Of a DNA stretch of 64,000 bases, positions 21,085-31,518 are shown piece after piece. The translations under genes were made by a program, and so were the position numbers. This DNA comes from an uncultured Lachnospiraceae bacterium (lineage in GTDB: Bacteria > Bacillota > Clostridia > Lachnospirales > Lachnospiraceae). Under the pieces are notes generated by a model. The model did not search any database. It had not been told where the DNA came from and was given only the letters and a program-made list of their open reading frames with translations. The stretch's first letter is position 1, and every line of letters starts with the position of its first letter. The stretch covers positions 13,878-77,877 of the forward strand of contig CAMNOY010000002.1 of assembly GCA_946547315.1 (NCBI GenBank), written 5' to 3'.

Positions 21085-21731
21085 TACTTTGTACCGAAAA
21101 TCCGATCTCCCGCATCGCCAAGTCCGGGAACTATATAACCGTGATCATTAAGTTTCTCATCAAGTGCCCCGATATATACATCCACATCAGGGTGTGCTTC
21201 ATGCATGGCAGCCACTCCTTCCGGTGCGGCTATAATACACATGAAATGAATATTCTTGCACCCTTTTTCTTTAAGCATTGTAATGGCAGCACAGGATGAT
21301 CCGCCGGTTGCAAGCATCGGATCAACCACGAATACTTCACGGTTTGCGCAATCCTCCGGCAGCTTGCAATAGTATTCTACCGGTTTAAGGGTTTGGGGAT
21401 CTCTGTACAACCCTATATGTCCGACCTTGGCTACCGGTATAAGTGTAAGCATTCCGTCAACCATCCCCAGGCCGGCGCGGAGTATGGGAACGATAGCCAT
21501 CTTTTTTCCCTTAAGCTCCTTTGCTGTTGTAGAGCATATGGGAGTTTCAATCTTGACATCAGCCAGTTCAAGATTTCTTGTTGCCTCATAACAGATGAGC
21601 ATCGCTATCTCACCGATAGTCTGCCTGAAATCCTTTGTTCCGGTTTCAGTCCTTCTGATATAGCCTATCTTATGCTGTATCAGCGGATGATCCATTACAT
21701 AAACATTGTCGATTCCGGGATACTGTTTCAT
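21084..21731 (-). CDS. upp: uracil phosphoribosyltransferase
   Basis: 215-aa UPRT family ([14 protein letters not shown] loop; GDAGDR). GGAGGG RBS. Confidence 0.93.
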   Translation of the reverse strand: MKQYPGIDNVYVMDHPLIQHKIGYIRRTETGTKDFRQTIGEIAMLICYEATRNLELADVKIETPICSTTAKELKGKKMAIVPILRAGLGMVDGMLTLIPVAKVGHIGLYRDPQTLKPVEYYCKLPEDCANREVFVVDPMLATGGSSCAAITMLKEKGCKNIHFMCIIAAPEGVAAMHEAHPDVDVYIGALDEKLNDHGYIVPGLGDAGDRIFGTK

Positions 21732-21751
21732 TGCTAACCCTCCATAAAGTA

Positions 21752-22183
21752 TTATTTTTCTATCTTAGATATTCTCCGTACATGTTTTTCTTCGTTTGAA
21801 AACTCGGTATTCATAAATGTGTCTACTATATCCATCGTAAGATTGGGGCCGATGATACCTGCACCCATCGAAAGCATATTGGCATCATTATGAAGTCTTG
21901 TGAGCTTTGCGCTTGTAACATCGGAACAAAGTGCACATCGAATTCCTCTGACCTTGTTTGCCACGATCGAAATGCCGATCCCGGTGGTACACATCACTAT
22001 TCCTCTGTCATATTCACCGGATACCACGGCTTCTGCTACACTTCTTCCTATTTCCGGATAATCACAACTTTCCGGAGTATAGGTTCCGAAATCCTTGACC
22101 TCATGTCCTGCCGCCTCAAGGTGTTCAATAACTTCCGCTTTTCTCTCAAATGCACCGTGATCGGCTCCGATAGCTACTTTCAT
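21752..22183 (-). CDS. rpiB: ribose-5-phosphate isomerase B
   Basis: 143 aa, RpiB/LacAB family ([12 protein letters not shown]...CTTGIGISI). Confidence 0.9.
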   Translation of the reverse strand: MKVAIGADHGAFERKAEVIEHLEAAGHEVKDFGTYTPESCDYPEIGRSVAEAVVSGEYDRGIVMCTTGIGISIVANKVRGIRCALCSDVTSAKLTRLHNDANMLSMGAGIIGPNLTMDIVDTFMNTEFSNEEKHVRRISKIEK

Positions 22184-22195
22184 TTTCTTCTCCTG

Positions 22196-23248
22196 TTATA
22201 CATTTATTATATTATGACCTGCTGCCTTTATCAGCCGGTTCATTATCGCAAGTCCAAGATCGGGAGTATCAAACTCTTCCGAATAGATTACATCTATCTT
22301 CTTTTCATCGCACTCCCTGAGCGCATCATACAGTCTTGAAGATATTTCTATCTCATTATCCGCACATCCCATATCAAAAATCATGTCGGCTCCGGTGTAT
22401 TGAGATACATTCTGTGAGCACGCCAGAACACCTATACGTTCGTCCGGCCGCTTACTTTTTATCCTGTTCGTAATATATTCAATGACATTATCCGTCTTGC
22501 CCGACACGATAGTCATACTCCCCTTCGGAGCATAGTGACGGTATTTCATGCCCGGCGCCTTCGGATGACCGCCACTTGCCATATTTCCGAACACCGCAGG
22601 ATCTTTGGCTACCTCCCCGATCACGGAATTTAACATCTTCTCGTTAACATAGCCGGGCCTTAATATCATAGGAACTTCGGAAGTAAAATCAACTATCGTG
22701 GATTCCAGTCCGATATTGCATTCCCCGGAGTCTATAATCATATCTATCCTTCCGTCCATGTCTTCAAGAACATGCCTTCCGTAAGTAGGCGACGGTCTTC
22801 CGGATAAATTTGCCGAAGGTGCGGCAACGAATCCACCGGATGCTTCAATGAACTTTTGTGCCACCGGGTGGGAGGGAAATCTAACCGCAACCGTATCAAG
22901 CCCTCCTGTTGTCTCTTTGGGGACAACCGGTTTTTTATCAAATATCATGGTAAGGGGACCGGGCCAGTATCTGTCCGCCAAAAGCTTTGCTTCAGCACTT
23001 ACATCACGGACTATATCGTATATGCTGTCAAAATCCGAAATGTGAACTATAAGAGGATTATCCGACGGTCTTCCCTTTGCCCTGTATATCTTCTCGGATG
23101 ATTCCGGATTTAAAGCATCCCCTCCGAGGCCGTAAACAGTTTCCGTCGGGAAAGCTACAAGTCCTCCGCTGCGGATTATACTTCCCGCTTTATCTATTAC
23201 CGACATATCCATGCTGCCGGGGTCAACTGTTTCATATATTGTTTTCAT
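22196..23248 (-). CDS. tsaC: L-threonylcarbamoyladenylate synthase (Sua5/YwlC type)
   Basis: YrdC domain (VAFPTETVYGLG...KGRPSDNPLIVH) plus a Sua5 C-terminal domain, 350 aa. Confidence 0.9.
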   Translation of the reverse strand: MKTIYETVDPGSMDMSVIDKAGSIIRSGGLVAFPTETVYGLGGDALNPESSEKIYRAKGRPSDNPLIVHISDFDSIYDIVRDVSAEAKLLADRYWPGPLTMIFDKKPVVPKETTGGLDTVAVRFPSHPVAQKFIEASGGFVAAPSANLSGRPSPTYGRHVLEDMDGRIDMIIDSGECNIGLESTIVDFTSEVPMILRPGYVNEKMLNSVIGEVAKDPAVFGNMASGGHPKAPGMKYRHYAPKGSMTIVSGKTDNVIEYITNRIKSKRPDERIGVLACSQNVSQYTGADMIFDMGCADNEIEISSRLYDALRECDEKKIDVIYSEEFDTPDLGLAIMNRLIKAAGHNIINV

Positions 23249-23742
23249 TTTGAAAGTTTGCTGCCATTTTCGATCCTGTTGATCATATCCTGAATACTAC
23301 CGAATTCCCCGGAGTATATCAGTCCCAGCAATTTATCAAGACTTCTAAGCGCCGGTATCATCTCGTCCGTTGTAAGCGTTCCGTCCGTAAGCGCATCCGC
23401 TATCTCTCCAACGTCAACAACTTCGACCCTTCCATCGGGATATATGAGAACATCAGCCAGCAGGTCGGTAAATATATAAGAATTCTCCGGCTCGTTGTAT
23501 GTGTAACTGATAATATCGCAATACCAGTACATCAATGTGCCGTCCTCCCGGTAAAACTTGCTGACCTTGAATCCCTCTTTCAAAAAATAGCATGAACATC
23601 CGTGGTGAAGGATTTTCTTCGGCTTGATGGCATTCCACTTTGTCACTATATATGCATCGTCGGAATACAGTATTTCATCTTTATCAAGCAGTACAATCTC
23701 CTCCGGAATAATACGTTTACGATATAAAACCGGCTTGTCCAT
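23245..23742 (-). CDS. DUF402 domain protein
   Basis: 165 aa, DUF402-like (...YWYCDIISYTY...DLLADVLIYPDG). 4-nt overlap with tsaC. Confidence 0.6.
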   Translation of the reverse strand: MDKPVLYRKRIIPEEIVLLDKDEILYSDDAYIVTKWNAIKPKKILHHGCSCYFLKEGFKVSKFYREDGTLMYWYCDIISYTYNEPENSYIFTDLLADVLIYPDGRVEVVDVGEIADALTDGTLTTDEMIPALRSLDKLLGLIYSGEFGSIQDMINRIENGSKLSK

Positions 23743-23757
23743 GCAAATCTCCTTAAC

Positions 23758-25092
23758 TCAGTTTTTTGCCTTATTGGCAAACTTGGTCAGATCAGGCAGC
23801 CATACGAGCTCCGTAGTTCCTATCGGGCCGTTTCTTTGCTTGGCTATTATTACTTCCGCTATTCCTTTTTTGTCCGTATCCGGGTTGTAGTAATCATCTC
23901 TGTACAGGAACATTACTACATCCGCATCCTGCTCTATCGCTCCGGACTCACGAAGATCCGACAGCATCGGTCTGTGATCGTCACGCTTTTCAACCGCACG
24001 GGACAGCTGAGAAAGCGCCACAACCGGAATATTCAATTCTCTGGCCAGTGATTTTAGCGATCTTGATATATCTGAAATCTCCTGCTGCCTGGAATCAGTT
24101 CTGCCCGATCCCGACATAAGCTGCAGGTAATCGATGATGATGACCGAAAGATCTTTGTTTTCAGCTTTGTACTTGCGGCATTTCGACCGCAATTCACCGA
24201 TGCTGATTCCCGGAGTATCATCTATTATCAGCTTTGATTCTCCGATGGTGGAAGCAGCTTCGATTATTCCTTCCCAATTCTGTGCGGTAACATTACCGTT
24301 TCTAATAGCTTTGGAATCGACATGTGATTCGAGTGACAGGAGACGGTTAACAAGCTGTTCTCTCGACATCTCAAGCGAGAATACCACTGCCCCCTTTTTA
24401 TCTTTAAAGCATATATGCTGCGCTATGTTCAGAACAAATGCTGTCTTACCCATTGAAGGTCTGGCAGCAATAAGAATAAGATCAGAGGGCTGAAGACCTG
24501 CCATCTTATAGTCAAGATCCGTAAATCCGGTTGCCACTCCGGTAACAACACCATCCGTTTTGGCAGCAATCCCTATTCGTTCAACGGCATCCTTAACTAT
24601 CTGACGTATCGGAACATACTCTCCTGTTGAGCGGCTGTTGGTGATCTCAAAAATCTTCTTCTCCGCTTCCTCAAGAATGTCTTCCGAGTCTCCCGAATCG
24701 GAGTAGCAGTTGTTTTCGATAGTCTCGCACTCTTTGATCAGTTTCCGAAGCAATGATTTTTTCTTGACTATTTCTATGTGCTCTTCAATAACAGCCGAAG
24801 TGGATGCCCACATGCACAGATTGCGCAGAAATTCTCCGGATGCAATCTCAGCCGGAGCATTCATCTCAATCAGTCTGTTGGAAATAATCGTGGGATCTAC
24901 AGGTGCTCCTTCATCAACGACAGACTTTACCGCATCAAAAACATAAGCGCATTCCTTCAGATAAAAATCATCGGATGTCAGGGCACCCATTGCTATTATC
25001 GCTGCATCTTTATCAAGCATCATGGCTCCCACCACTCCCCTTTCGGATTCCTTGTGGTGCGGAGGCATTTTTTTAAGAAGCGCTTCGTCCAT
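23758..25092 (-). CDS. dnaB: replicative DNA helicase
   Basis: DnaB family, Walker A ARPSMGKTAF. The ATG at 25092 has a GAGGAG RBS; the track start at 25101 is a GTG inside the RBS. Confidence 0.95.
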   Translation of the reverse strand: MDEALLKKMPPHHKESERGVVGAMMLDKDAAIIAMGALTSDDFYLKECAYVFDAVKSVVDEGAPVDPTIISNRLIEMNAPAEIASGEFLRNLCMWASTSAVIEEHIEIVKKKSLLRKLIKECETIENNCYSDSGDSEDILEEAEKKIFEITNSRSTGEYVPIRQIVKDAVERIGIAAKTDGVVTGVATGFTDLDYKMAGLQPSDLILIAARPSMGKTAFVLNIAQHICFKDKKGAVVFSLEMSREQLVNRLLSLESHVDSKAIRNGNVTAQNWEGIIEAASTIGESKLIIDDTPGISIGELRSKCRKYKAENKDLSVIIIDYLQLMSGSGRTDSRQQEISDISRSLKSLARELNIPVVALSQLSRAVEKRDDHRPMLSDLRESGAIEQDADVVMFLYRDDYYNPDTDKKGIAEVIIAKQRNGPIGTTELVWLPDLTKFANKAKN

Positions 25093-25094
25093 TC

Positions 25095-25541
25095 TTAGCA
25101 CTCCTCAACTTTAACTTTGAGATTTACTGTAACCTGCGGATGAAGTTTAACGGGAACATCAAATGTTCCGAATGACTTGATCGCCTCGGGAAGAGAAATC
25201 TTCTTTTTGTCTATATCAATATCAAACTGTGATTTTGCTTCCTGTGCTATTTCTTTGCTCGAAACGCTTCCGAAGGTTTTACCGCCTTCACCGGCTTTGA
25301 GTTTAACAACTACGGTTTTTGTTTCGATCTGTCTGCCGAACTCTTGCGCGGCAGCCAGATTCTCGGCGGCAACTTTTTCATCATTGGCCTTCTTAAGTTT
25401 AAGATCGTTTAGATTTTTGGAATCTGCCGGTATTCCGAGTTTCTTTTTAAAAATAAAGTTTTTGGCATATCCGTCGGATACTTCTACGACATCTCCGCTT
25501 TTTCCGACTGATTTAACATCCTGTAATAATATGACTTTCAT
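25095..25541 (-). CDS. rplI: 50S ribosomal protein L9
   Basis: 148 aa, MKVILLQDVKSVGKSGDVVEVSDGYAKNF. Confidence 0.95.
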   Translation of the reverse strand: MKVILLQDVKSVGKSGDVVEVSDGYAKNFIFKKKLGIPADSKNLNDLKLKKANDEKVAAENLAAAQEFGRQIETKTVVVKLKAGEGGKTFGSVSSKEIAQEAKSQFDIDIDKKKISLPEAIKSFGTFDVPVKLHPQVTVNLKVKVEEC

Positions 25542-27592
25542 TGAAGTTCTCCTTTTTCTTTCATCTCCTGAAGCACAGCTATAAGAGACTTCTTTGCTTC
25601 TTCAACCGTAACGTCCTTTATCTGGGTACCGGCTACATTCATATGGCCGCCTCCCCCGAGTTTTTCCATAATGACCTGAACATTAATATCATCGATCGAC
25701 CTGGCACTTATAAACACCTCGTCATCATGAAGTGTAAGCACAAAGGATGCCCTTATACCATTGATATTCAAAAGTTCATTTGCGGCTTCGGCTCCGATAA
25801 TAGTCGGACTGTCAACAACCGTATCCGGTGTTACGGCGATGGCAAACGCCCTATCGTATATCTCGGCATTGCTGACTATTTCGGCCCTTGCTTTATACGT
25901 GCCGACATCATCCCTGAACATTTTACGGACTCTGGTAACATCCGCACCGTTTCTTCGCAGATATGCCGCTGCTTCGAATGTTCTGACACCGGTCTTGGTA
26001 ACAAAATTGTTGGTGTCAACTACCATTCCCGCATACAGACAATCTGCCTCATCTGCCATAAGCTTAACTCTGTCACTGATATACTGCAAAACCTCAGATA
26101 CCATTTCCGATGCACTTGATGCATAGGGCTCGATATAGGAAAGAGTGGCATTTTCTATCTTCTCTGCACCCTGCCTGTGGTGATCGAGTACAACTATAGT
26201 ATTGCACAGCTCCAATAGCTCCGGGCAGCCCGTAAAACTCGGGCGGTTAACATCCACAACAACAAGAGTACATTCTGTATTGGCTGCTATCTCTATGGCT
26301 CCTTCTCTTGATACGAATACGCTTTCATCATGAGCACCGTCATGTATCATCATATCAAGCATGGGACGTATGGATGTAGTTACCTCATCTACAACTATAT
26401 TTACCTTCTTGTTAAACGTCTTGGCAACACGATAAATTCCGATTGAGGATCCGAATGCATCGACATCAAGGATCTTGTGCCCCATGATGATGATATTATC
26501 GCTGCTTTCTATGATCTCACGCAGAGCATGGGCTTTGACTCTGGCTTTAACTCTCGTATTCTTGCCTGTTACCTCGCGTCTTCCGCCGTAGTAACTGATC
26601 TCATCTTCCGTTTTAATGATTGCCTGGTCTCCGCCTCTTCCAAGCGCCAGATCTATGGCAGTTCTGGCATATTCATAATTCTGGTCAAAGGAATCACTGC
26701 CGGCTCCGAACCCGATGGATAGTGTAAACGATACTTCATTGCCGATATTTGCATTCTTGACTTCTTCCAGTATTCCGAACCGGCTTTCAACTATATTATC
26801 CAGTTCCTTTTTTTTCATTACTACCAGGAACTTATCCTTCTCAAGCTTTTTGACAATTGCATCCACTTTGGAGAAATACTTATTAATCTGCCTCTCGATA
26901 AGTGCAACTACAAGCGAACGTCTTGCCTCATCAACGCTTTCGAGCGCCTCATCGTAATTGTCCATATATATAAGACCGCACACCATCTTCTGCTCTTCCA
27001 CCTGACGTGCAAGTGCATTTACTTCGGTAACATCAAACATATAAAGAGCAATCAGGAAACTGTCATAATCGACGGTCTCCACAGCATCGGACGCTTCCAT
27101 AAGCGCAGACATTGATACCTTATTCATGCTTGCGCGAAAATCATGTCCGTCAACCGAAACGACACTTTCGGTCTCATGTTCCATCCTGGGGAGTTTTTCC
27201 TTTGTGATCTCCGGAATCAGATTTGTAATATTCTTGCTGTATTTTTTTGTGATATTCATTGTCTGCTCGAAAGCATCGTTAGTCCATATGACTTTACCCG
27301 TCTCATCAAGCAGTGCATACGGAATCTCCAGGTCACGAAGGAGCTGCTTCTGAACCTGTCCGTATTGTGTGGCAAATGATATAAGATCACGTACAACCCG
27401 GCCCCTGTCACGGAAATACAAAAAATATGCAACCGACGCATATACAACGAAGAAAACGGTTGCAAAGACACCCGCTCTTATATTCACGAAATACATTCCT
27501 ATCGCGAATACGGCGACAAATAATGTCATCCATACGGGCCACAGTATATATGTTCGAATCTGACCTTTAAATCTTATCTTGTTACTGCTCAT
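25538..27592 (-). CDS. gdpP: GdpP-like DHH/DHHA1 phosphodiesterase (c-di-AMP PDE) with 2 N-terminal TM helices
   Basis: 684 aa. DHH motif (VVLDHHRQ), GGGH at the C-terminus, and the conserved gdpP-rplI-dnaB synteny. Confidence 0.88.
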   Translation of the reverse strand: MSSNKIRFKGQIRTYILWPVWMTLFVAVFAIGMYFVNIRAGVFATVFFVVYASVAYFLYFRDRGRVVRDLISFATQYGQVQKQLLRDLEIPYALLDETGKVIWTNDAFEQTMNITKKYSKNITNLIPEITKEKLPRMEHETESVVSVDGHDFRASMNKVSMSALMEASDAVETVDYDSFLIALYMFDVTEVNALARQVEEQKMVCGLIYMDNYDEALESVDEARRSLVVALIERQINKYFSKVDAIVKKLEKDKFLVVMKKKELDNIVESRFGILEEVKNANIGNEVSFTLSIGFGAGSDSFDQNYEYARTAIDLALGRGGDQAIIKTEDEISYYGGRREVTGKNTRVKARVKAHALREIIESSDNIIIMGHKILDVDAFGSSIGIYRVAKTFNKKVNIVVDEVTTSIRPMLDMMIHDGAHDESVFVSREGAIEIAANTECTLVVVDVNRPSFTGCPELLELCNTIVVLDHHRQGAEKIENATLSYIEPYASSASEMVSEVLQYISDRVKLMADEADCLYAGMVVDTNNFVTKTGVRTFEAAAYLRRNGADVTRVRKMFRDDVGTYKARAEIVSNAEIYDRAFAIAVTPDTVVDSPTIIGAEAANELLNINGIRASFVLTLHDDEVFISARSIDDINVQVIMEKLGGGGHMNVAGTQIKDVTVEEAKKSLIAVLQEMKEKGELQ

Positions 27593-27648
27593 AAATCTTC
27601 ACTTAATGTAACAATTGGTGCAATCGTGAAATATTATACCCCATATGT

Positions 27649-27688
27649 CAAAAAAAGAAAATGCCGACTGTAAACAGCCGGCATTTTC
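27649..27688 (-). terminator. intrinsic terminator downstream of ferredoxin gene/repeat copy B
   Basis: Minus strand reads GAAAATGCCGGCTG-ttta-CAGTCGGCATTTTC followed by TTTTTTT. Confidence 0.8.
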
Positions 27689-27693
27689 TATAT

Positions 27694-27813
27694 CGCGGTC
27701 CCCCCTATCAGCCTTCTTTAAGGAGTGTCGCCCATTCAAATCGCCTTCGGCGATTGGGGCTCCACGTGCAGACAGGGTCCCACCGCTTCGCGGTCCCCCC
27801 TATCAGCCTTCTT
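27694..27813 (-). repeat. stop-codon-abutting structured repeat, copy B (with perfect 25-bp flanking direct repeats)
   Basis: cgcggtcccccctatcagccttctt occurs at 27694-27718 and 27789-27813 (period 95). The core is shared with copies A and C. Confidence 0.92.
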
Positions 27814-27973
27814 CAATAGCGCCTACGGGGCACTGTGCTGCGCATGCTCCACAGCTTACGCACTTATCCGCATCAATTTCATACTTACCGTCTCCTTCGG
27901 AGATAGCACCTACAGGACACTGTCCTGCACATGCTCCGCATGAAATACAGCCGTCTTTGATAACAAATGCCAT
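27803..27973 (-). CDS. 2x[4Fe-4S] ferredoxin
   Basis: 56 aa with two CxxCxxCxxxCP motifs. The ATG at 27973 has a GGAGG RBS. The stop codon lies inside repeat copy B. Confidence 0.9.
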   Translation of the reverse strand: MAFVIKDGCISCGACAGQCPVGAISEGDGKYEIDADKCVSCGACAAQCPVGAIEEG

Positions 27974-28068
27974 GACAAATACCTCCTTTACTGTTTTCCT
28001 TTTCAACTATCACAAATATGTTTATCCGACGAACATTTTACATCAAAAGCCGCCGAAACTCAATATTA

Positions 28069-29751
28069 TCATCCAAAGTAACTGATGATCTCCTCAAGCT
28101 CCTTGGCAAGACCCTGAAGCTCGTTTGCAGACTGGGTTATAACCGTAAATGTAGCATTGAGCTCCTGCATTGACGCGTTTGTCTCCTGTGTCGAAGCGGC
28201 ATTTTCTTCCGAGATAGCGGACAGATCGCTTACTATTCCCACAAGTGTATCCTTGGCTCCTGTAAGTCCTTCGATCTTCTCTGCTATAGCCTGTGCACTC
28301 TCTGCAACATTCTCGACGCCGCTCGCCATTGATTCCATGTTGCTTCTTGTAGTTCTCATCTGCTCAGTCTGGCTCTCAAAGCTCTCATTGAGCTTTGCCA
28401 TAACATCAACAGATTCCGCAGCATCGTGGAGAAGCTTCTCTACAATATGACCGATCTCCTGCGCGCTCTGGTTGGACTGCTCGGCAAGCTGGGCAATCTC
28501 TCCTGCAACAACCGCAAATCCACGGCCTGCCTCACCTGCTCTTGCAGCCTCTATTGATGCGTTAAGTGACAGCAGATTGGTCTGGCTGGCAATTGACGTA
28601 ATAGCATTAACAAATTCATGGATACCGTTTGCGGATTCATTGGTGGAACGGATTGTATCATCAATATTCTTAACAGATCCGCGAAGTTCACGGGTCTGCT
28701 CAACAAGCTTTTCGAGAGCATCCATCGCCTCATTGCACGTAGCTTTCATTTCTCCTGCAAATGTATCAAGCTGCTCTACATTTGAAGCGATCACTTCTAT
28801 ATCGTTTCCGATATCATTTGTATTGCCTGCTGCATTTTCAACGCTTGTAGCCTGAGAAACAGCTCCCTGACTGATCTCATCAACTGCGAGAGTAACCTGT
28901 CCTGATGCCTGGGATGCCTGATCGGATGAACTTGCAAGCTCTTCGCCGGCAGATGTTAAGCTTCTTGCCATTTCATTACTCCGACTCATTATCTCTTTGA
29001 GCTTAAGAGCAAGTTTGTTGGTCGCACTCTGCATCTGACCTATCTCATCCTTACTGATCCTGCCCTCTTCAACCAATTCGATATTTAAGTTACCGCCGGC
29101 AAGTTCTATCAAATGGTCTGTTGCGGTAGCAATGCCCCATCTTATCTGTCTGATGACTATAACAGCTATTAATATAAGAACAATGATCAGTATACCGAAT
29201 GCAATGGAAAGTCCTATGATTTTTCCCCTGATTTCATTCTGTATAGCTGAATGCTCTTCAATAGCCCACTGTTCGGTAATGTCAGTCATCTCACTGATAA
29301 CTTCTCTTGCAAGTTCGAACTCTTCCTCATATTTGGCCTCGTCTCCTGCATCTCCGGCAGCAAGAGCAGCCTCATAATGCTGATCAAACTTGCTTACCAG
29401 ATTGGCTATGCTGTCACTCGTTCCGGCAAGAACATCGTTATACAGTGTTGGTGACTTGGAAGCAACTGAGTCAGCCTCATGTACGCGATCATATGTCTGC
29501 TGCATATTATCGTCGAAATCCTGCTTATCACCCTTGTAATCCGCAACTCTTGCCTGATAAAAATCACGGTCGGCATTGATCAGATTGTCCGATACGGTAA
29601 ACAGTGTATCGTAATAGATATCTGTTACTTCCTCTTCGACACTGTTCATTTCCACTCCCATAACGACACACGCTATAATAAGCGCTATGGAAAGAGGCAC
29701 TGTAAGTATCAGCAGCTTGACTCTTACACTCAAATTGTTGATAAAACTCAT
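28069..29751 (-). CDS. methyl-accepting chemotaxis protein
   Basis: Two TM segments, HAMP, and a conserved signalling hairpin ([32 protein letters not shown]). Confidence 0.92.
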   Translation of the reverse strand: MSFINNLSVRVKLLILTVPLSIALIIACVVMGVEMNSVEEEVTDIYYDTLFTVSDNLINADRDFYQARVADYKGDKQDFDDNMQQTYDRVHEADSVASKSPTLYNDVLAGTSDSIANLVSKFDQHYEAALAAGDAGDEAKYEEEFELAREVISEMTDITEQWAIEEHSAIQNEIRGKIIGLSIAFGILIIVLILIAVIVIRQIRWGIATATDHLIELAGGNLNIELVEEGRISKDEIGQMQSATNKLALKLKEIMSRSNEMARSLTSAGEELASSSDQASQASGQVTLAVDEISQGAVSQATSVENAAGNTNDIGNDIEVIASNVEQLDTFAGEMKATCNEAMDALEKLVEQTRELRGSVKNIDDTIRSTNESANGIHEFVNAITSIASQTNLLSLNASIEAARAGEAGRGFAVVAGEIAQLAEQSNQSAQEIGHIVEKLLHDAAESVDVMAKLNESFESQTEQMRTTRSNMESMASGVENVAESAQAIAEKIEGLTGAKDTLVGIVSDLSAISEENAASTQETNASMQELNATFTVITQSANELQGLAKELEEIISYFG

Positions 29752-29783
29752 AAATCTTTTCTCCTTTCAATCAGTGACTATCA

Positions 29784-30422
29784 CTATTGCAGTAACTCCT
29801 TCAGCTCCTGCATCAGTTTTGCTATCGGAAGGCCCATTACATTGTAGTAATCTCCTTCAATTGATCTGATAAACGCCGCTGCACCGGTCTGAATGCCGTA
29901 TGCACCCGCTTTATCCATAACATCCTCCGCCGCAACATATTCTTTTATATCATCGTCACTAAGCGGGTAAAAACTTACCTTTGTTTCTTCACAGAATGTA
30001 TGCTCTCCCACGCGTCCATCGCTGCTTATAAAGGCAAACGTCACTCCTGTATAGACAGAGTGCGTGGTTCCCGACAGCTGCTTAAGCATACGGACCGCAT
30101 CTGCCTCGTTAAGAGGCTTTCCGAAGATTATATCACATTTTGCCACAATTGTATCAGATCCTATGACAATTATATCTGTCGGGGTCACAAGTTCTCTGTG
30201 AGATTCATTATACTTTACTATTTGTGAAGCAACATCCAGCGCTTTTTGTCTTGACAATTCCGTACAAACTTTATCGGGCAGGCTGGACGTAACAGACTCA
30301 TCCACCGATGAAGGCCATACATCAAACTCTATTCCCACAAGTTCAAGTATCTGCTTCCGCCTCGGGGATGCGGATGCAAGAACGATCTTGTAGTCCTCAT
30401 TAAGCCTTTTTACAAATCTCAT
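29784..30422 (-). CDS. maf: Maf-like nucleoside triphosphate pyrophosphatase
   Basis: IVLASASPRRKQIL...GAYGIQ motifs. The start is ATG 30422 (or 30440), and it overlaps the pflA 3' end. Confidence 0.85.
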   Translation of the reverse strand: MRFVKRLNEDYKIVLASASPRRKQILELVGIEFDVWPSSVDESVTSSLPDKVCTELSRQKALDVASQIVKYNESHRELVTPTDIIVIGSDTIVAKCDIIFGKPLNEADAVRMLKQLSGTTHSVYTGVTFAFISSDGRVGEHTFCEETKVSFYPLSDDDIKEYVAAEDVMDKAGAYGIQTGAAAFIRSIEGDYYNVMGLPIAKLMQELKELLQ

Positions 30423-31188
30423 GTTCGCTCTCACCGTCATCCCGTCTTCGGTCTCTTATTCCGTCTAAGATCACTTCCTTCTTCGCAATAAGATCCTTCT
30501 TGTCCATGGGAGGTGTATCTCCGAGAGGATACTCTATTCCCAGTTTTTCGTACTTGGGCTTTCCCATTGTATGATAGGGCAATGCATCAAGAGCTCTCAG
30601 GGTTTTGAGTCCTCCGATAAAATAACCGAGATCATAGAGATATTTGTCATCGTCCGTAAGGCCCGGCACAACCACATGCCTTATCCAAATATCAACACCT
30701 TTATCTGACAGATACTGTGCAAATGCAAGTATCCCATCATTGGGCTGGCCGGTTATCTTCTTGTGAAGTGTCGGATCGATATGCTTAATATCAAGCATTA
30801 CCAAATCCGTAAGAGGCATAAGCTTATCAAGCTTTGCGATAAAATCCGTGTTCTCCGGTCTATAGGCTATTCCAGAAGAATCAATGCACGTGTGAATATT
30901 GTGCTGCTTGCACAGCGTAAACAGATCGATCAGAAAATCAACCTGCATAAGGGGCTCTCCGCCCGTCACTGTTAAGCCTCCCCCATTCTTGTAAAACGGT
31001 TCGTTATGGAGATACTGCTCAATAATATACTCGGGATCCATCTCTTCCCCGCCCGTCATAGCCCATGTATCCGGATTATGACAATACAGGCATCTCATAG
31101 GACATCCCTGTACAAATACTACATATCTTGTTCCCGGTCCGTCTACCGTACCGAAACTTTCAAGTGAATGAATGCGGCCCTTGGTCAT
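30400..31188 (-). CDS. pflA: pyruvate formate-lyase activating enzyme (radical SAM)
   Basis: CPMRCLYCHNPDTW cluster motif, GRE activase family. The ATG at 31188 has a GGAGGA RBS. Confidence 0.92.
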   Translation of the reverse strand: MTKGRIHSLESFGTVDGPGTRYVVFVQGCPMRCLYCHNPDTWAMTGGEEMDPEYIIEQYLHNEPFYKNGGGLTVTGGEPLMQVDFLIDLFTLCKQHNIHTCIDSSGIAYRPENTDFIAKLDKLMPLTDLVMLDIKHIDPTLHKKITGQPNDGILAFAQYLSDKGVDIWIRHVVVPGLTDDDKYLYDLGYFIGGLKTLRALDALPYHTMGKPKYEKLGIEYPLGDTPPMDKKDLIAKKEVILDGIRDRRRDDGESEHEICKKA

Positions 31189-31260
31189 TTTGTCCTCCGT
31201 AGGAAACAAGCCCGAAGGACAATACTTCGGGCTTGTATTAGCTTATGTTTACGGTAATAT

Positions 31261-31503
31261 TTAGATTGCTTCGTGGAACGTTCTTGAGATAACGTCTGCC
31301 TGCTGCTCCGGTGTAAGCTTGATGAAGTTTACTGCATATCCGCTAACCCTGATCGTAAGCTGAGGGTAGTTCTCCGGATGTGCCTGAGCATCGAGAAGAG
31401 TCTCTCTGTTAAGTACGTTTACGTTAAGGTGATGGCCGCCTTTTGTTGCATAACCATCCAAAAGATTTACAAGGTTGTCAATCTGAGCTTTGTTTGCTGC
31501 CAT
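31261..31503 (-). CDS. grcA: autonomous glycyl-radical domain protein (GrcA/YfiD-like; C-terminal PFL segment encoded separately)
   Basis: 80 aa, ...[56 protein letters not shown]. Own GGAGG RBS plus ATG. Confidence 0.85.
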   Translation of the reverse strand: MAANKAQIDNLVNLLDGYATKGGHHLNVNVLNRETLLDAQAHPENYPQLTIRVSGYAVNFIKLTPEQQADVISRTFHEAI

Positions 31504-31518
31504 AATTTTTTCCTCCTA

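Noticed and set aside
27780-27808. SECIS-like reading: a UGA followed about 10 nt later by a stable hairpin (ACCGC-GAA-GCGGU) at the end of three genes.
   Set aside because: The UGA is followed immediately by an in-frame UAG. The three proteins (ATP synthase gamma, ferredoxin, acyl-CoA synthetase) are unrelated and not known selenoproteins. The hairpin lacks the features I remember for bacterial SECIS.
27721-27808. The repeat could be a known small self-cleaving ribozyme (hammerhead, twister) or a group II intron domain V.
   Set aside because: The CUGAUAG here does not fit the hammerhead CUGANGA core. The GGUCCCA and GUGGAG strings that recall twister lie on opposite strands. The central hairpin has a 3-nt loop and the wrong bulge geometry for domain V. 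I cannot exclude an unknown ribozyme class, so it is kept only as a test suggestion.
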